DNA of 64,000 nucleotides from an uncultured bacterium (GTDB taxonomy: Bacteria > Hydrothermota > Tepidihabitantia > Tepidihabitantales > DTDR01). Position 1 is the first letter of the stretch. The number at the start of each line of letters is the position of its first letter. Position numbers and translations under genes: made by a program. Below the pieces are notes generated by a model. The model worked only from the letters and a program-made list of their open reading frames with translations, had not been told where the DNA came from and made no database searches. Location: the NCBI GenBank assembly GCA_964505415.1, contig CAZDHW010000003.1, positions 7,438 through 71,437 of the forward strand. The letters are read 5' to 3'. Below are positions 1-9,068 of this stretch, piece after piece.

Positions 1-1307
1 TAGAAGGAGTTAAATATTTAGAATTGGTAGAAATAATTGTCGGCGGCGAAGAGAAAAGATTTGGTCAAGTTTTAGAAGTTTATGAAGACAAAGCCTTAGT
101 GCAGGTGTTTGAAGGAACCAGAGGAATTGATTTGAGCGAGACCAAAGTAAGATTTCTTGGTGAGGGCATAAAAATTGGATTATCAAAAGATATCTTAGGA
201 AGGATATTTGATGGTTTAGGAAGGATAAGAGATGGTGGGCCAGAAATTATTCCCGAAATAGAAAGGGATATCAATGGGGCACCAATAAATCCTTATGCCC
301 GGGAATATCCTAAGGAATTTATTCAGACAGGAATTTCGGCAATTGATGGTTTAAATACGCTGGTAAGAGGACAGAAATTGCCGATTTTTTCTGGTGCCGG
401 TCTTCCCCATAATCTTTTGGCTGCTCAGATAGCTCGCCAAGCAAAAGTTTTAGGTAAAGAAGAAGAATTTAGTGTAGTTTTTGGAGCTATGGGGATTACT
501 TTTGAAGAAGCTAATTTTTTTATTGACAGTTTTGAAAAAAGTGGTGCCTTAGAAAGAAGTGTTCTTTTTTTAAATCTGGCCGACGAACCGGCAATTGAAA
601 GAATTGCTACTCCCCGAGCAGCCTTGACAGCTGCTGAATATCTGGCTTTTGATTTAGACATGCATGTTTTAGTGATTTTAACCGACATGACTAATTATTG
701 CGAAGCTTTGCGAGAAATCTCTGCTGCCCGGAAAGAAGTGCCGGGAAGGAGAGGTTATCCTGGTTATCTTTATACCGATTTAGCATCTATTTATGAAAGA
801 TGTGGACGAATAAAAGGAAAGCGTGGTTCAATAACTCTGATGCCCATTTTGACAATGCCCGAAGATGACAAAACCCATCCAATTCCGGATTTAACTGGTT
901 ATATTACCGAAGGTCAGATTATCCTTTCAAGAAGCTTACAAAGAAAAAAAATCTTTCCACCGATTGATGTTTTACCTTCTTTATCCCGATTAAGAGATAA
1001 AGGAATTGGCGAAGGCAAAACAAGAGAGGACCATGCTGATTTGGCAAATCAACTTTTTGCCTGCTATGCGAAAGGTAAAGAAGCCGAAGAATTAGAAGTT
1101 ATTTTGGGTGAAGCCGCCCTAACAGAATTAGACAAAATTTATTTAAAATTTGCCGAAGAGTTTGAGAAGAGGTTTGTTAGTCAAGGAGAGTATGAAGACC
1201 GAAGCATTGAAGAGACCTTAAATATTGGGTGGGAACTTTTAAAATTAATTCCTAAAGAAGAACTTAAAAGAATAAGAGAAGAATTTATCCAAAAATATTT
1301 AAAGTAA
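1..1307 (+). CDS. atpB: V/A-type ATP synthase subunit B (5' truncated by window)
   Basis: Motifs [37 protein letters not shown] and [15 protein letters not shown]; frame open from position 3 to TAA at 1307. Confidence 0.95.
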   Translation, partial: EGVKYLELVEIIVGGEEKRFGQVLEVYEDKALVQVFEGTRGIDLSETKVRFLGEGIKIGLSKDILGRIFDGLGRIRDGGPEIIPEIERDINGAPINPYAREYPKEFIQTGISAIDGLNTLVRGQKLPIFSGAGLPHNLLAAQIARQAKVLGKEEEFSVVFGAMGITFEEANFFIDSFEKSGALERSVLFLNLADEPAIERIATPRAALTAAEYLAFDLDMHVLVILTDMTNYCEALREISAARKEVPGRRGYPGYLYTDLASIYERCGRIKGKRGSITLMPILTMPEDDKTHPIPDLTGYITEGQIILSRSLQRKKIFPPIDVLPSLSRLRDKGIGEGKTREDHADLANQLFACYAKGKEAEELEVILGEAALTELDKIYLKFAEEFEKRFVSQGEYEDRSIEETLNIGWELLKLIPKEELKRIREEFIQKYLK

Positions 1308-1376
1308 CCCCAAAAGAAAAATTTTTAAAAAATTGTAAGTCCTTGAAAAATATGAACATAGTCAAATAATTTTTTA

Positions 1377-1405
1377 TTGACTTTTTTTTAATATTTAGTT
1401 ATAAT
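1377..1405 (+). promoter_or_regulatory. sigma70-type promoter
   Basis: TTGACT(1377-1382)-17 nt-TATAAT(1400-1405); SD AAGGAGG at 1453-1459. Confidence 0.75.
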
Positions 1406-1464
1406 ATAACAAATTAGTTAGTCAATCAGGGGTGGGTTGACTAACTAAAATTAAGGAGGTGAAA

Positions 1465-4400
1465 ATGCGAGTAATAATATTTTTACTTTTTATCTCTCTT
1501 GCTTTCAGTCAAGTTTTAATTTGGTATGATAATATGGATAGTTTTCCTCAAAATTGGACTTGCGGAGGGGTGGGTGATACTTGGACGAAGGTTTCTAATC
1601 GTTATCATTCTTCTCCTTTTAGTGTTAAATGTAGCAAAGATAGTCTTTACCGAAATAGCACTAATATCTGGATGGAAAGGTCGGTTAATCTTGCCAATTT
1701 TTATAACGGGGCAGTAACTTTTTATATCTATCAGGATTTAGATACTAATGATTACATCTATTTTGAATATTTAGTGGGTGACAGTTGGACAACTTTTTGG
1801 CAGGCTAACGGTTCCGTTGGTGGTTTTTATCAAAGGGTTATGGCACCTATTCCTAATACCGCAACAAAGATAAGATTTCGTTTGGTTACTGATGATTCAA
1901 TAGTGAGGGAAGGAGTTTATATTGATGATGTTTCGGTTTATGGTTATCGTTACGATGTCGGTGTAACCGAAATTATTGCTCCCAAAGGGACAATTGATTC
2001 CGGAACAACCGTGACTCCCAAAGCAAAAATTAAGAATTTTGGTGATATCCTTATTCCTGTTTGTACTGTGCGAATGCGAATTGGTAGCTTTTATGATAAT
2101 ATTCAATTAGTTAGTAATCTCGCACCAGGTCAAGAAAAAACAGTTAATTTTGTTAATTGGCAAGTAAGGCAGAGAGGTACCTGGGCGGTTAATTGTTCAG
2201 CCTATCTTCGCAACGATTATAATCCTAATAATAACCGAAAAATGGAAACTATTTTTGTCCGCGTAAGAGATGTGGGTGTTGTTTCTATTTTAGCACCCAC
2301 AGGAACTGTTGATTCGGGTACAACCCATATCCCCCAAGCAAAGATAAAGAATTATGGTAATACGGTTGAGAGTTTGGGAGTGGTTTTTAAAATTGGTGGT
2401 AATTATCGTGATTCCCTTTTTCTTACTCTTTTTTCTAACAAAGAAACTACTCTTTCCTTTGTTTCTTGGTTAGCGAATCAAAGAGGAAAACATAATGTCA
2501 AATGTTCTTTGGTCATAAATGATTTTATTCCAGCTAATAATCAAAGAATAGATTCGGTTTTTGTCAGGGTTTTTGATGTTGGTATTAGAGAAATATTACA
2601 ACCGAAAGGGGTTATTGATTCTGGTTCAGCTCTCAATCCTTTGGTAAAAATAAAGAATTATGGTAATGTTGCTGCCAACTTTAAAAGTTATTTTAAAATT
2701 GGTGATTCTTATTTTGATTCTTTATCTTTAAATATTCCTGCTGATAAAGAGACGATAATCTCTTTTAACCAATGGGTGGCAAATATTAGAGGTTCCCATT
2801 TAGTTAAATGCACCTTACTAATAAATGACCGGTTTTTAGAAAACAATCAGTTAATAGATTCAGTATTTGTTAGAGTATCTGATGTTGGTGTAGTTGAAAT
2901 ATTAGCGCCTAAAGGTATTGTTGATTCTGGAAATTCTATTTTACCGCAAGCAAAAATAAAGAACTATGGTAATGTTGATAAGGAGTTTCCAGTTGTTTTT
3001 AAAATTGGCAATCACTATCAGGATTCAACTTTTTTGTATTTAACCGCCGAAAAAGAGACAACCGTTACTTTTCAAGAATGGCAGGCACTTGTTCGGGGAA
3101 ACCATTTGGTAAAATGCACTTTATTAGTAAACGACCAGCTCCCTAATAATAATTACCAAATTGATTCGGTATTCGTCCGAGTGTTGGATGTTGGGTTTAT
3201 TGAGATTATATCGCCGAAGGGTAATATTGATTCTACCGACTTTTTAATCCCTCAAGGAAAAATAAAGAATTACGGTAATTCGGCTGTTAGTCTATTAGCC
3301 AGAATAAGGATTAACGGCGATAACTATTATTGGGAGATTGATACTTTGGTTAATAATCTTTTACCTAATGAACAGCGGATAATAGATTTTCCTCTTTGGC
3401 AAGTGGCAAGAAGGGGAGAATATACTGTGAGTTGTTCTACGGCTCTTATTGGCGATCAAGTTCCTGATAATAATAAAAAAAGCGAAATATTTTATGTAAA
3501 GGTCCACGATTGCGGAATAATCACTATTTATTCGCCACCTGAAGAATGTGATTCTAATCAAGTTTATCCGGTTGCGGCTTTGGTGAAAAATTACGGAACT
3601 GAGGAAGAATATCTAAAAATTTCTTTTAAAATTGGTGATGAATATTATTCTTATCGTTACTTAAATTTAGCACCTGAGGAAACCTTAACCATAACTTTTG
3701 ATAGCTGGCAACCCCAAAGAAGGGATTATGTATGTTCTCGCTGCGTAATCGATTCTTTATTAAAAGATATTAATCCGGCTAACGATACTTTAAGAAGCAG
3801 CCATTTTGTTAAAGTTTTGGATATTGGTATTTTAAGAATAATTTCACCAAGTGATTCGATTTCCGAGGGAGAAATAATTCCTCGGGTTGAGGTGAGAAAT
3901 TTTGGTAATATTCCGAGTAGTTTTCTTTTGAAAGTGGCTATCTATAAAGGTTCTTTATTAGTTTATTCTGATTCGATTTTTGAGACTCTTTCTCCTTATG
4001 AAAATAAAATTGTCAATTTTTCTCCTTGGGAGGCAACCGAAGGCGATTTTCGGATAATAATTTCCTTAGAATTACCGGGTGATATGATATTAGAAAATAA
4101 TACTTTAATTAAAAATTTTGCTGTCCAAAATTATCAGCCTTGGCTTTTATTAAGAGATATTCCGCGCGGCAGTTATAAAGGGGTAAAAGGTGGGGCGGCT
4201 TTAGCCTTTGGAAATAATAAGGTTTTTGCCTTTAAAGGAAATAATACGCGAGAGTTTTATATTTACTCTTATGCAACTAATTCCTGGCAAGAAGGAAAAC
4301 CTTTACCAGTTGGTGAGAAAGGTAAAAATGTGAAAGATGGTGGAGCATTAGCATTTGCTGATACTTATAATCTTCTTTTTGCGATAAAAGGTAATAAAAC

Positions 4401-5256
4401 AAAAGAATTTTATGCTTATAATCCAGAATTAGACAGCTGGGAGAGGAAAAAAGATATTCCGGGTAAAAAAGGAGCTGGTGGTGGTAGCGGATTAATATAT
4501 CTTTCTCTTTCTTCTGATACCAATTATATCATCCTTTTAAAAGGAAACACCAAAGAATTTTATTGCTATTTTATTGAAAAAGATAGTTGGTTTTCTCTTA
4601 AAGAATTACCCGGTGAGAAAAAGTTTAAGAAAGGTAGTGCCCTTACTACTGATAACCGTTATGTTTACATCTTAAAAGGTAGCACTAATGAATTTTTTGT
4701 TTATGACATAAGAAAAGATTCTTTTGAAAAGAAAAAAGATTTGCCATTTATTGGTAGGAGTTTGAAGAAAAAGAAAGCAAAAGATGGCGCAGCTTTGGCT
4801 TGTGATGGTGAAAGGGTTTATGCCTTTAAAGGTGGTAATTCTGATGAATTTTGGGCATACGATATTGCCAATGATGAATGGTTTGAGTTAGAACCGATTC
4901 CTTTAGTGCCTAATAATAAAAAGGTGAAAAGTGGCGGTGCCTTATGTTATGATAAAGTAAATAAAATTGTCTATGCCTTTAAAGGTAGTAATACCTATGA
5001 ATTTTGGCGATATCTCCCTCGGAAGACCTTTTTAAACCAGGCAAAGAAAGAGATAAATTCTTCATTAAACTCAGAAAAATTAAGCACCATTTCCAAAAAG
5101 CCGAAGGAATTAAAAATCTATAACCTTTTAGGAAATCTTATTTATCAGAAAAAAGGAGATTTTAAAATACCAAAATTAAGAAAAGGAATTTATCTTCTGA
5201 AGTTAAAATATGAGGGTTATGAGATAAATAAAAAGATTTTTATTATTAAAGATTAA
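1465..5256 (+). CDS. Secreted protein: N-terminal jelly-roll-like domain, 7 CARDB-like Ig repeats, Kelch-type beta-propeller, T9SS-like C-terminal tail
   Basis: Signal peptide MRVIIFLLFISLAFSQ (ATG 1465 follows the SD; the ORF-track GTG 1459 overlaps it); repeats DVGVxEIxAPKG...KIKNYG; KxGGAL...YAFKGxNTxEF repeats; tail KIYNLLG...KGIYLLKL...KKIFIIK. Confidence 0.8.
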   Translation: MRVIIFLLFISLAFSQVLIWYDNMDSFPQNWTCGGVGDTWTKVSNRYHSSPFSVKCSKDSLYRNSTNIWMERSVNLANFYNGAVTFYIYQDLDTNDYIYFEYLVGDSWTTFWQANGSVGGFYQRVMAPIPNTATKIRFRLVTDDSIVREGVYIDDVSVYGYRYDVGVTEIIAPKGTIDSGTTVTPKAKIKNFGDILIPVCTVRMRIGSFYDNIQLVSNLAPGQEKTVNFVNWQVRQRGTWAVNCSAYLRNDYNPNNNRKMETIFVRVRDVGVVSILAPTGTVDSGTTHIPQAKIKNYGNTVESLGVVFKIGGNYRDSLFLTLFSNKETTLSFVSWLANQRGKHNVKCSLVINDFIPANNQRIDSVFVRVFDVGIREILQPKGVIDSGSALNPLVKIKNYGNVAANFKSYFKIGDSYFDSLSLNIPADKETIISFNQWVANIRGSHLVKCTLLINDRFLENNQLIDSVFVRVSDVGVVEILAPKGIVDSGNSILPQAKIKNYGNVDKEFPVVFKIGNHYQDSTFLYLTAEKETTVTFQEWQALVRGNHLVKCTLLVNDQLPNNNYQIDSVFVRVLDVGFIEIISPKGNIDSTDFLIPQGKIKNYGNSAVSLLARIRINGDNYYWEIDTLVNNLLPNEQRIIDFPLWQVARRGEYTVSCSTALIGDQVPDNNKKSEIFYVKVHDCGIITIYSPPEECDSNQVYPVAALVKNYGTEEEYLKISFKIGDEYYSYRYLNLAPEETLTITFDSWQPQRRDYVCSRCVIDSLLKDINPANDTLRSSHFVKVLDIGILRIISPSDSISEGEIIPRVEVRNFGNIPSSFLLKVAIYKGSLLVYSDSIFETLSPYENKIVNFSPWEATEGDFRIIISLELPGDMILENNTLIKNFAVQNYQPWLLLRDIPRGSYKGVKGGAALAFGNNKVFAFKGNNTREFYIYSYATNSWQEGKPLPVGEKGKNVKDGGALAFADTYNLLFAIKGNKTKEFYAYNPELDSWERKKDIPGKKGAGGGSGLIYLSLSSDTNYIILLKGNTKEFYCYFIEKDSWFSLKELPGEKKFKKGSALTTDNRYVYILKGSTNEFFVYDIRKDSFEKKKDLPFIGRSLKKKKAKDGAALACDGERVYAFKGGNSDEFWAYDIANDEWFELEPIPLVPNNKKVKSGGALCYDKVNKIVYAFKGSNTYEFWRYLPRKTFLNQAKKEINSSLNSEKLSTISKKPKELKIYNLLGNLIYQKKGDFKIPKLRKGIYLLKLKYEGYEINKKIFIIKD
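1954..4130 (+). repeat. Intragenic tandem repeats of 306-321 bp (CARDB-like units)
   Basis: Unit-start D-[VCI]-G codons at 1954, 2269, 2575, 2881, 3187, 3508, 3820; three consecutive spacings of exactly 306 bp. Confidence 0.8.
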
Positions 5257-6454
5257 TTATTTTACCCTTTTTTATTATCGTTTTTACTGGGTTTTTAAAA
5301 AAATAGTAAAAGAGTTTTTGGTATCTTTCGTATTTCAAAATAATTAAATCGGCAACTTTTCCTTTTTCAATTGAACCAACTTTATCTTGAATATTTAAAG
5401 CATAGGCATTACCCATGGTACTGTAATACAAGGCTTCTTTTTCGTTAAATCCGTAAAGAAAACATCCCAAAGAGATAATAATCGGCATTTGGTAAATAGG
5501 ACAGGTTCCAGGGTTATAATCACTGGCAATCGCTAATTTCAATCCCAATCTTTTCATAAATTCAATCGGCGGTTTTTCTTTTGTTTTTAAAAATAGCGAA
5601 GTTCCTGGTAAAAGGGTACAAACAATATCTTTTTCTTTCATCAATTTTAAATATTTCTTTTCTGGATAGATTAAATGGTCAGCGGAAATAGAGCCAACTT
5701 TGTAAGCCGCATAATCACCTTTTGATTTTGCTAATTCGTTGGCGTGGATTTTAGGAATTAATCCCAATCTTTTCCCATAAGAGAGAAGTTCCAAACTTTC
5801 TTCATAAGAAAAAGTACTTTCTCCTTTTTCACAGAAGACATCACAAAAGATCGCGAGTTTTTCTTTTTTAACAATTTCCATTGTCTTTTTCATTAAAGAA
5901 AGATATTCTTTCGTTTCAATATCTTTTGGTTTTATATGGATAAGAAAGGTTGGTAAGATAGTGATTTTTTCCTTTAGTTTTTCTTTTAACTTTTTAATAA
6001 TCCTTAAATGTCTTAACTCTTCATCGGGATAAATACCATAACCACTTTTTATTTCAATGGTTGTGGTTCCCCAGGTTAAGACTTTTAACAATTTTTGATA
6101 ATTTTCTTTTTCTAATTCTTCATCGTTTTTTTCTTTTGTCTTTTGTGCGGTGTAATAAATTCCGAATCCCCTTTTTAAAATCTCATAATAACTTTCTCCT
6201 TTTAATCTCATTTCCAATTCTTCATCCCTTTCCCCCGAAAAGAAGAGGTGGGTATGGGAATCAATAAAACCGGGCATCAGACAGCAACCATCGGCATTAA
6301 TAATCTCGTAATCCTTCTTTTTTACTTTTAAATTACTCATTTTCCCAAAATCAAAAATTTTACCATTTTTTATAATTAAATAACCATCTTCAATAATCGT
6401 AAAATCTTCTTTATCCATTAATAACAATTGGGAGATATTTTTAATCAAAATCAT
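5246..6454 (-). CDS. hutI: Imidazolonepropionase
   Basis: PGFIDSHTH, GTTTIEIKSGYG, FCDVFCE, KIHANEL, SADHL and ASDYNPGTCP motifs. Confidence 0.92.
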   Translation of the reverse strand: MILIKNISQLLLMDKEDFTIIEDGYLIIKNGKIFDFGKMSNLKVKKKDYEIINADGCCLMPGFIDSHTHLFFSGERDEELEMRLKGESYYEILKRGFGIYYTAQKTKEKNDEELEKENYQKLLKVLTWGTTTIEIKSGYGIYPDEELRHLRIIKKLKEKLKEKITILPTFLIHIKPKDIETKEYLSLMKKTMEIVKKEKLAIFCDVFCEKGESTFSYEESLELLSYGKRLGLIPKIHANELAKSKGDYAAYKVGSISADHLIYPEKKYLKLMKEKDIVCTLLPGTSLFLKTKEKPPIEFMKRLGLKLAIASDYNPGTCPIYQMPIIISLGCFLYGFNEKEALYYSTMGNAYALNIQDKVGSIEKGKVADLIILKYERYQKLFYYFFKNPVKTIIKKGKIINL

Positions 6455-7749
6455 AAACCATAAAGAAGATAAAGTAAGAAAGCACTGGCAAAAGTTCCCA
6501 TTAAGGAAAAAGGTAATCCTAACTTAAAGAAATCAAAGAAACCAACTTTTATTCCCTTTCTTTTTAAATAACCGACACCAACAATATTAGCGGAAGCACC
6601 AAAGGGAGTAATATTGCCACCGATTGTGGAGGCAATTAACGAAACAAACATAAAAAGATAAAATAATTTTCCTTGGGGATAAAAAAGTTTTATCAATTCC
6701 GAGATTAACAAAAAGAAAGGAACATTATCCATAAAAGAAGAGAATAATAAAGAAAAGAAAATGAGTAGACAATAGATAACAATTGGCTTGGAAAGAAAGA
6801 GACTTTTTAAAAACTCTTTCAAAAGTAAAAGCCCGCCACCAGCTTTAAAAATACCGATAAGAATAAAAACACCAATTAAAAAAAGCACTGTTTCGTAATC
6901 AACAATTTTTAAAAAATCAATAGGTTTTATCAATTTGAAGAGAAAAAGAAAAAGTAATGTTAAAAGAGCATAAAAAAGAGAAATGAGGGCAGCGTAAAAA
7001 AGATAATTATTTCCTTTAAAAATTCGGGGAAAGATCGCCAAACTTAAGATAAAAAGGATAAGAATAATTAAAAAAAAATACCCTTTCTTTTTTCTTTTCT
7101 CTTTTTCCTTTTCTATTCTCGACCGGCTTAACTGTTCATTCCTCAGCGGTTTAAGAATTAAATAAATAGTCAACAAAGAAAAGAGAAAGCCAAATTGAAT
7201 AATAAAGAATAAAGATGGTTTTCCTTGAAAGATAAAAAAGTCTAAAAAATCTAAATTAGCCTTTTCGGCTAAAATCATACTTGGTGGGTCACCAATCAAA
7301 GTTGCTGAACCTTGAAGATTACTAGCCAAACAGAGAGGGATGATAAAATTTAAGGGCGAAGTTCGGAAAGTTTGCGCCAAAGAGAAGGCAATAGGTGCCA
7401 AAATTAAAACTACACAGGCATTTTCTAAAAAGATTGATAAAAAACCGCTAAAAAGAGTAAAAAGAATTATTGAAGAGAATAAACTCCGGCTTTTATTGGC
7501 AAGAAAAAGGGCAATCCTTTTGGGAATTTCCGATAAAAAAAAACCTTCGGCAACAATAAAAGTACCTATAAAAAGCATAATAACATTAAAATCGATAAAA
7601 GAAAAATAGGCTGATAAAGAAAAACCAAAGAAAAGAAAAAGAATAAGAAAACTATAAAGAATATACAAGCGGAATTTAAAAAAGATAGCCATTGAAAGGT
7701 AACATAAGAAAAAAAGAATGAAGATTAATATGGTCATTCTATTCGACAA
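6451..7749 (-). CDS. ArsB/NhaD/SLC13-family ion or carboxylate permease
   Basis: Multi-TM; SNLQGSATLIGDPP, SSFMDNVP and GGNITPFGASANIV motifs. Confidence 0.8.
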   Translation of the reverse strand: MSNRMTILIFILFFLCYLSMAIFFKFRLYILYSFLILFLFFGFSLSAYFSFIDFNVIMLFIGTFIVAEGFFLSEIPKRIALFLANKSRSLFSSIILFTLFSGFLSIFLENACVVLILAPIAFSLAQTFRTSPLNFIIPLCLASNLQGSATLIGDPPSMILAEKANLDFLDFFIFQGKPSLFFIIQFGFLFSLLTIYLILKPLRNEQLSRSRIEKEKEKRKKKGYFFLIILILFILSLAIFPRIFKGNNYLFYAALISLFYALLTLLFLFLFKLIKPIDFLKIVDYETVLFLIGVFILIGIFKAGGGLLLLKEFLKSLFLSKPIVIYCLLIFFSLLFSSFMDNVPFFLLISELIKLFYPQGKLFYLFMFVSLIASTIGGNITPFGASANIVGVGYLKRKGIKVGFFDFFKLGLPFSLMGTFASAFLLYLLYGL

Positions 7750-8336
7750 AGAACTTCCGATTGATTATCATATTCCTTTTTTATTATTCCCACTTCGGGA
7801 GCTAAATAATATAAATAAATTAAAGAATCACAATTTTTACCAATAATTTCCTTTTCCTTTATCATTACCGAATAGACATCGGCAAAAGAGCCATAGGGAA
7901 TTCTTAAAGTATCTCTTTTTAACACTTTACCAGTTAAATAAAATTTGGCAGTATCTTGAATAACCGAATCTTGCCATTCCTCTCCTTCAACCAAAGGAAA
8001 AGAAAGAAAAGTAACAAGACCTTTGTATAAAGTCTCAATCTCCCCAAAAACTAACGATTCCCGACAGACAAATTTTTGAAGCCTAAATTTTTCTTTTATA
8101 AAAAATATTGGTTCAAAATTACTTTCGCAGTAAAACATGGATGTCCCGAAAAAGAAGGTGTCGCCAATAAATTTAAAAATTATTGTATCTTCTAAAGAAG
8201 AGTAATAGTAATAGGCTTTTCCTTTTTCTAAAGGAAAATAATCACCAGTTGCCCGGTTTAACAAAGTATCTTTTTGACAAAAAGAAAAGAGGATAAAAAA
8301 GAAAATCAGTTTTTTAAAATTCATAACCAACACCAA
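7734..8336 (-). CDS. Hypothetical lipoprotein
   Basis: KKLIFFFILFSFC lipobox-like signal; DYFPLEKG...YYLAPEVGIIK pattern. Confidence 0.6.
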   Translation of the reverse strand: MVLVMNFKKLIFFFILFSFCQKDTLLNRATGDYFPLEKGKAYYYYSSLEDTIIFKFIGDTFFFGTSMFYCESNFEPIFFIKEKFRLQKFVCRESLVFGEIETLYKGLVTFLSFPLVEGEEWQDSVIQDTAKFYLTGKVLKRDTLRIPYGSFADVYSVMIKEKEIIGKNCDSLIYLYYLAPEVGIIKKEYDNQSEVLCRIE

Positions 8337-8805
8337 TTTTGGGGCTTAAAAAATAATAATAATTTATTTTTTCTTGCCAATTTAATCTCTCAGGAATAAT
8401 GGTAAGGGATATCTTTAAAAGAAAAATCACTTTTTTTGACTTTTCTTTATAAGAAAAACCTAAGGAATAACCTAAATAATCTCCTTTTTCTTCTTTAAGA
8501 TTGATTTTTCTTATAAACGAAAGATAAGCAAGGGCCAATAAAAAATTTAATTTTTTATCTTTAATTTTTAAAAAATTTGGCTCCAATTCAATTTTTGGCT
8601 CTAAAAAATAGAGAGAAGAATATTGGTTGTTCAATTTTGAATAAGAAAAAGAAAGAGATAAATCAATTTTTTTTATTTCTTTTGATAAAAAAATACCAAA
8701 AGAAGGTGCTGGATAATAATATCTTTGTAATCTAAAAAGGGGAGTAATATCGCCCAATAAAAAACCAACTTCGGAATAATTAAATAAAATTAAAAGAAAA
8801 AGCAT
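8314..8805 (-). CDS. Hypothetical protein, possible small outer-membrane beta-barrel
   Basis: Amphipathic beta-strand pattern; C-terminal IGVGYEF; leaderless-type promoter just upstream. Confidence 0.5.
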   Translation of the reverse strand: MLFLLILFNYSEVGFLLGDITPLFRLQRYYYPAPSFGIFLSKEIKKIDLSLSFSYSKLNNQYSSLYFLEPKIELEPNFLKIKDKKLNFLLALAYLSFIRKINLKEEKGDYLGYSLGFSYKEKSKKVIFLLKISLTIIPERLNWQEKINYYYFLSPKIGVGYEF

Positions 8806-8842
8806 TTAAAATTATAAAACAAAAAGAAGATAAGTCAATAAC

Positions 8843-8871
8843 TTGACTTTTAATTAAAAAGGTCCTATATT
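8843..8871 (+). promoter_or_regulatory. sigma70 promoter for riboswitch-IPCT/DIPPS transcript (divergent from the 8805 promoter)
   Basis: TTGACT(8843-8848)-17 nt-TATATT(8866-8871). Confidence 0.7.
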
Positions 8872-8884
8872 AATATAGTTATAC

Positions 8885-9022
8885 CAATGCCGAATCGGCA
8901 TTTTCAAAAATGCTGAGCGGGGGATAAATATGCCTTCTAAAAAGAAGGCTTGGGGTGAAGGCGAAAGCCGGGCTACTCTTTCGGCCTAACCCGACAACTA
9001 ACCCCGTAGGCGAAAGAAAGAG
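8885..9022 (+). ncRNA. c-di-AMP riboswitch (ydaO/yuaA class)
   Basis: Conserved blocks GCCGAATC...GAGCGGGGGA...TGGGGTGAA...GGGCTACTCT...CCCGACAACTAACCCCGTAGGC; stems TCGGCATTTT/AAAATGCTGA, GCCTTCT/AGAAGGC, GGC-GAAA-GCC; pseudoknot CTCTTTC(8976-8982)/GAAAGAG(9016-9022). Confidence 0.9.
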
Positions 9023-9068
9023 GTCTTAAATTAAAGACCTCAAAATTAGAAAATAAAAAAGTTTAAAA

